64,000 bases of DNA from Sphingomonadales bacterium (GTDB taxonomy: Bacteria; Bacteroidota; Bacteroidia; NS11-12g; UBA955). The stretch's first letter is position 1. Every line of letters begins with the position of its first letter. A model generated the notes under the pieces. That model was not told the DNA's origin, did not search any database, and was given only the letters and a program-made list of their open reading frames with translations. The translations under genes were made by a program, and so were the position numbers. This document shows positions 56,004 through 64,000 of the stretch, piece by piece. The stretch is taken from the NCBI GenBank assembly GCA_016872175.1, contig VHBA01000001.1:2757-66756 (forward strand), written 5' to 3'.

Positions 56004-58382
56004 TTATTCTTGATCTTTACAGCAAGGCTCTTTCCCTTCTTTTCCAATATACTTGCCATTAGCATCGTACATCTTCATGCATTCTGTTTTTTCTTCGGCA
56101 GAACAACCCATGCTATCGCAATGCTTTGCACATTCGTCTTTGGTCATGGTTGCACATTTGCTCATATCGCATTTACCGGCAGCTGATTGATGATCTCCGC
56201 ACTGTTCGGTTTTGGCCTTGCAGCAGTCTTTATCCTTGCTACTGCCCAGAATGCCGTTACCACCAGCAATGTAAGGTGCAATAATCAGTGAAACGATTGA
56301 AGTTAATTTGATCAGGATATTCATGCTGGGACCGCTGGTATCCTTAAAAGGATCACCAACTGTATCTCCGGTAACAGATGCTTTATGGGGCTCAGATTTT
56401 TTGTAATAGGTTTCACCATCAATCTGTACGCCTTTTTCAAATGATTTTTTAGCATTGTCCCAAGCACCGCCTGCATTGTTCTGGAAAATCCCCATAAGAA
56501 CACCACTTACGGTAATACCTGCGAGCAATCCACCCAATACTTCGGGTCCAAAAAGGAAACCTACCAATACTGGTGACAGGAGAGCAATAGCACCCGGAGC
56601 AATCATCTGGCGAATGGAGGCTTTGGTGCTGATTTCAACACATTTCTCATATTCGGGTTCAGCTTTGTATTCCATAATTCCGGGAATTTCGCGGAACTGG
56701 CGGCGTACTTCTTTTACCATATCCATAGCTGCAGAACCTACCGCTGAAATAGCAAGGGCAGAGAATATGAAAGGTATCATGCCACCTACAAATAAGGCTG
56801 CCAATACAGGGGCTTTGTAAATATCTATGCCGGTTATGCCTGCAACACCTACAAAAGCTGCGAAAAGCGCCAGTGAGGTAAGTGCGGCTGAAGCAATGGC
56901 AAAGCCTTTGCCTGTGGCGGCGGTGGTGTTGCCTACGGCATCCAGAATATCGGTGCGTCCACGAACTTCTTCGGGCAAATCGCTCATTTCGGCTATACCA
57001 CCTGCATTGTCTGCAATGGGACCGAAAGCGTCAATGGCAAGCTGCATGGCAGTTGTGGCCATCATACCTGCAGCAGCTATTGCAACACCGTAAAGACCGG
57101 CAAACATATACGAAAGGAAAATACCCGCAGCCAGGGTGATGATAGGAATAACTGTTGATTCCATACCTACAGACAAACCGCCAATGATGTTGGTGGCATG
57201 GCCTGTACCGGATTTTTCTACTATAGACAGAACGGGTTTTTTACCCATGGCAGTGTAGTATTCTGTAATCCAGCTCATGATAGCGCCTACAACCAAACCA
57301 GTTATAATGGCACAGAATACACTCATGGAAGTAAACTCAACTCCACGTAGTTCGAGCTTCTCAGGAAGCAGCATCGTAACGGCGAAATAAGAAGCAATGG
57401 CGGTGAGGATAATGGAGGACCAGTTGCCCAGGTTCAGCGCCTGCTGCACATTGCCATTATCATCCTTAATTCTAACAAAGAAAGTTCCAATGATTGAGAA
57501 TATTAGACCCATACCTGCAATCACCATAGGCAGAAGGATAGGAGACATGCCTCCGTAGTTGTCTGTTACAGAAATTTCCTGTCCAAGTACCATGGTAGCC
57601 AGAATAGTAGCTACATAAGAACCAAATAAATCAGCGCCCATACCGGCAACATCACCCACGTTATCGCCTACATTATCGGCGATGGTTGCAGGGTTGCGGG
57701 GATCATCTTCAGGAATGCCGGCCTCTACTTTACCAACAAGATCGGCACCAACATCAGCAGCTTTGGTATAAATACCTCCACCCACACGGGCAAACAAAGC
57801 AATAGATTCAGCTCCTAGCGAGAAACCTGTTAATACTTCAATAACAGTTTTCATTTTGTCTCCGGTGATGGCTTCACCGCTACCGGCATAAAACATGTTA
57901 TAGAATACAACGAATAACCCACCCAGACCTATTACGGCAAGGCCAGCAACCCCAAGCCCCATAACAGTACCACCGCTAAAAGATACATTCAAGGCTTTTG
58001 ACAAACTAGTGCGTGCGGCTTGTGTGGTTCTCACATTGGCTTTGGTGGCGATGTTCATGCCAAAATATCCGGCAAGAGCCGATAGGAATGCGCCAATAAA
58101 GAATGCCACCGCAATAATCCAGTGAGAATGGATTTTAATACCATTTACTTCTTTTATGGTTCCACTGTATGCCAGCAAGGCAGCAGCGATTACCGCAAAA
58201 TAGCTAAGGACTTTCCATTCGGCACGCAGAAAAGCCATGGCACCGCGGGCAATTTTCCCGGCCAGGTTTTGCATTTTTTCATCTCCGGCATCTTGTTTGG
58301 ATACCCAGGCGCTTTTAACCGCCATTACAATCAGACCTACCAAACCAAGGGCAGGAATCAGATACAATATTGAAGTATTCAT
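56004..58382 (-). CDS. hppA: Membrane ion-translocating pyrophosphatase, K+-dependent type (probably Na+-pumping)
   Basis: [35 protein letters not shown] (Ala at the K+-dependence position), [10 protein letters not shown]. Confidence 0.95.
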   Translation of the reverse strand: MNTSILYLIPALGLVGLIVMAVKSAWVSKQDAGDEKMQNLAGKIARGAMAFLRAEWKVLSYFAVIAAALLAYSGTIKEVNGIKIHSHWIIAVAFFIGAFLSALAGYFGMNIATKANVRTTQAARTSLSKALNVSFSGGTVMGLGVAGLAVIGLGGLFVVFYNMFYAGSGEAITGDKMKTVIEVLTGFSLGAESIALFARVGGGIYTKAADVGADLVGKVEAGIPEDDPRNPATIADNVGDNVGDVAGMGADLFGSYVATILATMVLGQEISVTDNYGGMSPILLPMVIAGMGLIFSIIGTFFVRIKDDNGNVQQALNLGNWSSIILTAIASYFAVTMLLPEKLELRGVEFTSMSVFCAIITGLVVGAIMSWITEYYTAMGKKPVLSIVEKSGTGHATNIIGGLSVGMESTVIPIITLAAGIFLSYMFAGLYGVAIAAAGMMATTAMQLAIDAFGPIADNAGGIAEMSDLPEEVRGRTDILDAVGNTTAATGKGFAIASAALTSLALFAAFVGVAGITGIDIYKAPVLAALFVGGMIPFIFSALAISAVGSAAMDMVKEVRRQFREIPGIMEYKAEPEYEKCVEISTKASIRQMIAPGAIALLSPVLVGFLFGPEVLGGLLAGITVSGVLMGIFQNNAGGAWDNAKKSFEKGVQIDGETYYKKSEPHKASVTGDTVGDPFKDTSGPSMNILIKLTSIVSLIIAPYIAGGNGILGSSKDKDCCKAKTEQCGDHQSAAGKCDMSKCATMTKDECAKHCDSMGCSAEEKTECMKMYDANGKYIGKEGKEPCCKDQE

Positions 58383-58492
58383 ATTGAGTTGCTTGAAAAT
58401 TGGGGTGCGAAATTACGTTTTTTATCCGAATAGAGCGTAATTCTGCACAATAATTAAGCGCTTAGCTGTGTTTTCACACTAATTTTGCTGCC

Positions 58493-59257
58493 GTGGGAAT
58501 TATTATCAAAACCCCTGAACATATAGAAGGAATCCGAAAGAGCAGCAGGCTCGCGGCTGAAACACTTAAATATTTGGAATCCCTCATACAGCCAGGCATA
58601 ACCACACTAGCTTTGAATGATTTGGCTGAAAAGTTTATGCGTGAACATGGTGCAATCCCTGCAACCAAAGGATATAAAGGATATCAGTATGCCTCATGCA
58701 TTTCACCCAACGATGTTGTCTGTCATGGAGTCCCAAATTCCTACGAATTGAAATGGGGAGATATAGTAAATGTTGATGTTACTACCATACTTGATGGATA
58801 TTTTGGTGATACCTGCAGAATGTATGTGGTGGGTGAAGCCTCTGAGTACGCCCAAAAATTAATGACGGTTACACGCGAATGTCTCAGAAAAGGTCTGGAA
58901 CAGTGTTTTCCGGGAAACCACCTAAATAATATTGGATACCACATTGCAGAACATGCCCACAAACACGGGTATTCTGTGGTTTATGAATTTTGCGGTCATG
59001 GCGTAGGAATAAAATTTCATGAAGACCCCGAAGTGTCCCATATTGCTGAGAAAAACACAGGCCCCATTCTAAAGCCGGGCATGGTTTTTACCATTGAGCC
59101 CATGATCAATGCAGGAAAAGCCCGCTGTAAAGTGGATAGAAAAGACGGCTGGACAGCCAGAACCATAGATGGTAAGCTCAGCGCGCAATATGAACATACA
59201 GTGCTGATAACGGAAACCGGGTTCGAGGCTTTAACCGATGTATACGGAGATTTTTAA
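58493..59257 (+). CDS. map: Methionine aminopeptidase type I
   Basis: CISPNDVVCHGVP, GYFGD, GHGVG..FHEDP, FTIEPMIN, SAQYEHT; GTG start. Confidence 0.96.
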   Translation: MGIIIKTPEHIEGIRKSSRLAAETLKYLESLIQPGITTLALNDLAEKFMREHGAIPATKGYKGYQYASCISPNDVVCHGVPNSYELKWGDIVNVDVTTILDGYFGDTCRMYVVGEASEYAQKLMTVTRECLRKGLEQCFPGNHLNNIGYHIAEHAHKHGYSVVYEFCGHGVGIKFHEDPEVSHIAEKNTGPILKPGMVFTIEPMINAGKARCKVDRKDGWTARTIDGKLSAQYEHTVLITETGFEALTDVYGDF

Positions 59258-59259
59258 CC

Positions 59260-60108
59260 ATGAATCTGCACGTAATTCACTCGGGTAATTTTAAACTGGA
59301 TGGCGGTGCCATGTTTGGGGTTATTCCCAAGGTGATTTGGAATTCACTTAATCCTGCGGATGAGAAAAATCTTTGCAATTGGGCAATGCGTTGTTTGCTG
59401 GTGGAAGATGGAGATAGAAGAATATTAATTGACACAGGAATAGGGGCCAAGCAGAGTGAAAAATTCTTCGGATATTATTACCTTAATGGCAATTTTTCAA
59501 TAGCTTCATCGTTGAAAAACGTTGGTTTTTTGCATACAGATATCACCGATGTTTTGCTAACTCATTTGCACTTTGACCATGTTGGTGGCGCTGTTTCTAT
59601 GAAAGCGGATGGAACTTTAATTCCTGCCTTCCCAAATGCAAAATACCATGTTACAGAAACACAATGGAAACATGCACTGAGTCCCAATGCCAGAGAGAAA
59701 GCATCTTTTTTACAGGAGAATTTCTTACCCTTGCAGGAAGCCGGTGTGTTGAATTTCGTTAATCACGGAGATCAACTAACTTCTAATTTTCACATTCGCA
59801 GTGTGAACGGGCATACTATGGGTATGATAACCCCAGAAATTTCATACAACGGAAAAAAGATTATTTACTGCGCCGATTTGATTCCATCTTCGGCTCACGT
59901 ACCAGTGCATTATACCATGGGATATGATATTGAACCCCTGGTGGTGATGCAGGAAAAAAAGAAGTTATATGAAGACATGGACTCAGCAAACACGCTATAC
60001 TTCTTTGAGCATGATTTGGAAACGGAATGTGCTAGGCTGGAACAAAATGAACGTGGTCAAATGGTGGTGGCCGAAAGAGGTAATCTATCAGATTTGCTTG
60101 CCCGATAG
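59260..60108 (+). CDS. MBL-fold metallohydrolase (YtnP-like)
   Basis: LDGGAMFGV, THLHFDHVGG, GHT, ADL, EHD. Confidence 0.9.
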   Translation: MNLHVIHSGNFKLDGGAMFGVIPKVIWNSLNPADEKNLCNWAMRCLLVEDGDRRILIDTGIGAKQSEKFFGYYYLNGNFSIASSLKNVGFLHTDITDVLLTHLHFDHVGGAVSMKADGTLIPAFPNAKYHVTETQWKHALSPNAREKASFLQENFLPLQEAGVLNFVNHGDQLTSNFHIRSVNGHTMGMITPEISYNGKKIIYCADLIPSSAHVPVHYTMGYDIEPLVVMQEKKKLYEDMDSANTLYFFEHDLETECARLEQNERGQMVVAERGNLSDLLAR

Positions 60109-60112
60109 CAGA

Positions 60113-62830
60113 TTATTCTTCTTCCGCTTCATTTCCTCCCAAATCCAGCTCTTCTCCGGTGATATCCAGGTAAATACTTTGTATTGCTGAAACACCATCC
60201 TGCTGCTCTTTTGGATTGTTTGAGCCTACTTTGGAGGCATTGTAATACAAACGTGCGTTAATGTCGTCTTTTAAAGCCTGGTAAATATTAACACCAATCT
60301 CATAATATTTGGGATTTTGGGCCTCCAGTGAAATGGTTTTTCTAAGGCTTTCTTCAGCAGCTTTATATTCCCGCTTGTTAAACTCCATCTGAGCCTTAAT
60401 CCACCAACCGTCAGGGTCTGCAGGCCGTGTTTTGGTATAGCGATCCATGGTTTTAACTGCCATATCCCATTGTCCTTTTCCTGCATAGAATGAATTTAAA
60501 CTAAGCAGCGCTCTATTAGATTCCGGATAAATAGCAAGTGACTTTTCAGCTGCCCAGATAGCTGAATCCAGGTTACCCAGATTAGCATAGGTATTGGCCA
60601 AATAAAAATAAACTTCTGAACTTTTTCCGTCAATCGATAGATAAGACCTGAATTTATTAAGTGCTATGGAAAAATTTTTAGATTTTTCCATAGCATTGAA
60701 TCCTACTACATCATCAAATGAAGGTCTTTTTATAACCCAACCCATAGGCCTGCCATCTACCAAGGGCGTATAAATTGTGCCTACTGGAGGATAGGCGCCA
60801 TTGGTTAACCTTGATTTATCTGTAAAGCCATTGTAAAAAATAGCATAATCCCAGTTAGCGCTACTTCGCTCATCAGCTCTCGTAAAGCCTACATGTACGT
60901 TTTTATCGTTTCTGCAGTAATACTTTACATGGTTCATACCATAAGTAAGTACTGTATATTTTTTATTGGGGTTTTTACGAGCCACATTCTCTAAAAACCA
61001 TTCGGTGCTTTGTCTTAGTGAGGCCAGGTAATAATCCATTTCGAATTCGCCATATGCACCTTTGGTACCGCCTATCAGTTCATTGAAATAAATGTATTGC
61101 AGTGGATGATTTTTAAATGTGTGAATGGCAGGAGGGATGCTACCCGCTATTACCAGTCCGGGCAGCAGCCATTTTATCAAACCTATACGGGTAAACATTT
61201 TTTCCAGCATGGAAAAACCTGCTGTAGCGGACACAACAATACAAGGCACAACAAACATTATTTGCCTCATGCCGCCATAAACGTTGGATTTTTGATACCA
61301 GATATAAAAAATAGGGAAAGCTGCTGCAAAAAACACAATCATTAAGGCATGGCTATAGTTTTTACGGTTAAAAAGCCCCAACATGAAATATAGTAGCAAT
61401 CCAAGCAGTGAAATTACTGGTGTGGTAATCAGCAGGTATTTTGTGAGATAGTATGGCGGTAACATGCCGCTGTCTGTCAGTTTGCCTTCAAAAAGCTGTC
61501 TCAAGGTGACAGGGAATTTTGTGAAAGCGTCTAGTGCCTTCAGGGGATTGGTAAATGGATCATCGAGGCCGTATGGCCAAACGATTATGCCTAAAATAAA
61601 GGAGAACAGTGCAATCAATAAAAATGAAAGCATATAAGGAAGTATACCTTTCCAGCGTAATTTTAAAAAGTTTGAAAGTCCTACGTTTTCAATGTACCTG
61701 AGGCCTGCAAAAAGCGCTATGGTAGGGATTAAAACAAATCCACCAATACGGATACTAATGGCCAGACCGGTGCCTAAAATTATACCAACTGCTTGACCGA
61801 TGCGCCCACCGTTTTTACCGTAATAAAGCAATGCATAATACAATCCGATAATGTATCCGGCGGCAAATGGTATGTCCTTGGGATTATTCAGTGAATCGCC
61901 AAGCAATCTGGGTGTGAAAAACAGCAAAACCATACCGATGCAGGCCCACACCCAGCTTCTTGTTAGGTATCGAACCATAAGAGCACCAAATATGATGCAT
62001 AGAAAGCCCATTACAGCGTTCCAAAAATGCCTTAGTTGGAAAATCTCGTTTGTGCCGGTAATTCTTACCAGCATGGCAGTGAAGGTATCGAAGCTACTGC
62101 CGTAATTTTCCATGTGAAGGTCGCTTTTGTCAAAAAGAGCGGCATCTTTGTTTTCTGTGAAATAGGGAATTATAGCAGTATCGGCCCAGTTGTATTGAAT
62201 AAATTCATCACCACTTATGCCAGCGTCTTTACTTAGGGATGTTATAGTAATCAATACCAGCAGCGATAGGGCTGTGAAAATATGTCTAGCCGGATTGTTT
62301 TTAAAGTTAAGTGGGTTTATGTATTGAAGAGCGGCCTTCAGGCGCATTTTCCAACCAATAGTTTTTTCCGATTTGTCAGAAGCTGCACCATCAATAAAAT
62401 TCCAGTCCCGCGCTTCTTTGCGCAGTGCAAACAGAAATCCGTATTTATTGTTTATATCAACTCCTGAATTGCATAAGGCTTGCAATGTAGCCCTATTCAC
62501 ACAAAGAAATGGTGTTTGCAGTTCTTGTTCGCGAATGCCGGTGGTCCATGAAGTTAGATTGTTTTTAATTTTTGAAGGAACTGATATAAAAACTTCACAA
62601 TCAGACTTCGATTCGTTTATGGTTTTGGCAAAATCACTGATACCGGGAGTGTCTGATGGAATAAACGATAGGATAACATTTTCTTTATCGGTATTTTCCG
62701 ATAAAAAATTTTTAAATCTTTCAGAAAGAGAGGCGGACTGATTTTCAGTAGCATGCTTTCCGTAAAATGCAATAACAGGAAAGGAGTTCTGAGAGATATG
62801 GGTTGCCGGATTTTGAACTTTTTTATTCAT
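60113..62830 (-). CDS. GT-C (PMT/ArnT-like) membrane glycosyltransferase with C-terminal TPR repeats
   Basis: GISGDE after first TM, NNPKDIPFA, many TM helices, YFNELIGG...DYY, TPR-like helices. Confidence 0.75.
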   Translation of the reverse strand: MNKKVQNPATHISQNSFPVIAFYGKHATENQSASLSERFKNFLSENTDKENVILSFIPSDTPGISDFAKTINESKSDCEVFISVPSKIKNNLTSWTTGIREQELQTPFLCVNRATLQALCNSGVDINNKYGFLFALRKEARDWNFIDGAASDKSEKTIGWKMRLKAALQYINPLNFKNNPARHIFTALSLLVLITITSLSKDAGISGDEFIQYNWADTAIIPYFTENKDAALFDKSDLHMENYGSSFDTFTAMLVRITGTNEIFQLRHFWNAVMGFLCIIFGALMVRYLTRSWVWACIGMVLLFFTPRLLGDSLNNPKDIPFAAGYIIGLYYALLYYGKNGGRIGQAVGIILGTGLAISIRIGGFVLIPTIALFAGLRYIENVGLSNFLKLRWKGILPYMLSFLLIALFSFILGIIVWPYGLDDPFTNPLKALDAFTKFPVTLRQLFEGKLTDSGMLPPYYLTKYLLITTPVISLLGLLLYFMLGLFNRKNYSHALMIVFFAAAFPIFYIWYQKSNVYGGMRQIMFVVPCIVVSATAGFSMLEKMFTRIGLIKWLLPGLVIAGSIPPAIHTFKNHPLQYIYFNELIGGTKGAYGEFEMDYYLASLRQSTEWFLENVARKNPNKKYTVLTYGMNHVKYYCRNDKNVHVGFTRADERSSANWDYAIFYNGFTDKSRLTNGAYPPVGTIYTPLVDGRPMGWVIKRPSFDDVVGFNAMEKSKNFSIALNKFRSYLSIDGKSSEVYFYLANTYANLGNLDSAIWAAEKSLAIYPESNRALLSLNSFYAGKGQWDMAVKTMDRYTKTRPADPDGWWIKAQMEFNKREYKAAEESLRKTISLEAQNPKYYEIGVNIYQALKDDINARLYYNASKVGSNNPKEQQDGVSAIQSIYLDITGEELDLGGNEAEEE

Positions 62831-62888
62831 GCGTGGTAGGCAAAAATAACAAATCCCATGCTGCTTTGACAGACAATGGGCTTAAAAT

Positions 62889-63626
62889 TCAAATTTTATA
62901 AAACCTTTTTATTTTTAGCAGTTCCAAAGGAACTTTGATAAAATCCATGATTTTGAGTTTAGAGCCGCCAATTTCATTCCATATTAGCAGAGGTATCTCC
63001 AAAGCAATTTCGTAGGTTTTATCTTTACCATACTTTTTAATCAACCTTGCTAAAATCTCAACATCAAAAAACCATTTTGATAAGAAGGGCCTATCCAGCA
63101 ATGTGTTAATTTCTTCACTGGCTATTAGTTTTGCTCCGCATTGTGTGTCATAGACCCGCAAACCCAAAATGTAGCTGGTGAGTGTAGAAAATATGCGGCC
63201 AAGGTAGTGTCTTTTCATTTTTCTGCGGATTTGGCTGCCAAGCCGTGAAATTCTGCTGCCCATAACAAGGGTATGGGTTAATTGCCCGCCCGAAAAGGAG
63301 ATAAAATGGTCTATTTCTTCAAGGGGTGTTGAAAAATCAGCATCCCAATAGCCAATGTAATCGAATTTGCCGGTTTGATGGGCCGTAAGCATTCCTTGCC
63401 TGACTGCCTCCGCTTTTCCTGAGTTTTTTGTCAGATTAACACATTGAAATTGAGAGGAGAATTCTTCGTGTAGGTTTTGAAGTATCGACAATGTTGCATC
63501 CCTACTGCCATCATTTACCCCAAAAAAGGAAATATCAGGATGCGCGTGCATGAAAGCCCTTAAGGCTTGTATTTTAAGCCTTCTCTCTTCATTGTAGCAT
63601 GGAATTATTATGCAGATTTTTTGCAA
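62889..63626 (-). CDS. GT2 polyprenyl-phosphate glycosyltransferase (DPM1/Alg5-like)
   Basis: IIIPCYNEE, NDGSRD, GKAEAVRQG, DADFST, DTQCGAK, FDVEIL. Confidence 0.9.
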   Translation of the reverse strand: MQKICIIIPCYNEERRLKIQALRAFMHAHPDISFFGVNDGSRDATLSILQNLHEEFSSQFQCVNLTKNSGKAEAVRQGMLTAHQTGKFDYIGYWDADFSTPLEEIDHFISFSGGQLTHTLVMGSRISRLGSQIRRKMKRHYLGRIFSTLTSYILGLRVYDTQCGAKLIASEEINTLLDRPFLSKWFFDVEILARLIKKYGKDKTYEIALEIPLLIWNEIGGSKLKIMDFIKVPLELLKIKRFYKI

Positions 63627-64000
63627 AGTATATAATTGCTTAGTCCGGGAAGTTTAATTCCAATTAGTCTGAAAAACTGTCCTGTATAAAAATCAATGAT
63701 TAGCGAACCCCTTATTAAGCCGGTAATCAACGCTCCACCTTTCCAGTCAACAACTCCTGTGGCATCCTTCTTTCTCCCGATGGTTTTTTCCATGCACCAA
63801 ACCAAAATTCTGGCCAGGTATAATGACAAGAAGAAATACCCGATTTTCTGTTTGATAAATCCGGCTTTTTCTAAATTTCCTTTGAGCAGAGCATTGTTGT
63901 ACCTGCGGTAATGATAAAGAAAAACATCGTGGGCACTAAACAACCACTCAAAGGCAGGCACGGTTATTACAAACTGGGTTTCATCTCCTACGCAGGCGAA
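63608..64000 (-). CDS. Class I SAM-dependent methyltransferase, 5' end outside the window
   Basis: Frame open to the window edge; ITVPAF.WLFS.HD..L.HYRRY, typical of GT2-associated methyltransferases. Confidence 0.7.
   Translation of the reverse strand, partial: FACVGDETQFVITVPAFEWLFSAHDVFLYHYRRYNNALLKGNLEKAGFIKQKIGYFFLSLYLARILVWCMEKTIGRKKDATGVVDWKGGALITGLIRGSLIIDFYTGQFFRLIGIKLPGLSNYILCKKSA

Noticed and set aside
1..64000. CRISPR arrays, tandem DNA repeats, prophage or defence genes, and the many 60-180 aa alternate-frame ORFs
   Set aside because: No regularly spaced repeats or such protein motifs seen by eye; short ORFs overlap well-supported genes and lack motifs

Overview
Core-chromosome window of a Bacteroidota bacterium: TAnnTTTG -7 promoters, T9SS genes gldJ/porP-like/porU/porV, rpmB-rpmG-DUF4295-ftsY-rimO-bshC synteny. 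It is densely coding, with about 50 CDS, a tRNA-Gly(GCC) and the RNase P RNA. No CRISPR array, transposase, integrase or phage gene was seen. The most interesting element is at the left end: a tightly coupled minus-strand operon, gatB -> DltA-like adenylation enzyme -> GNAT acetyltransferase -> carrier protein -> SGNH -> SGNH (running off the window). It looks like a Dlt/PatB-type aminoacylation system for a cell-envelope polymer, with an extra GNAT step. Other points: four apparently leaderless genes, perfect Shine-Dalgarno motifs at an ECF sigma factor (with an anti-SD in its leader) and at tonB, an orphan T9SS sorting-domain remnant, a membrane pyrophosphatase with an 11-Cys tail, a Cys-rich degenerate OmpA-like domain, three tandem POT transporters and a GT2/GT-C-TPR glycosylation module. 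All calls come from reading motifs by eye; no searches were run.
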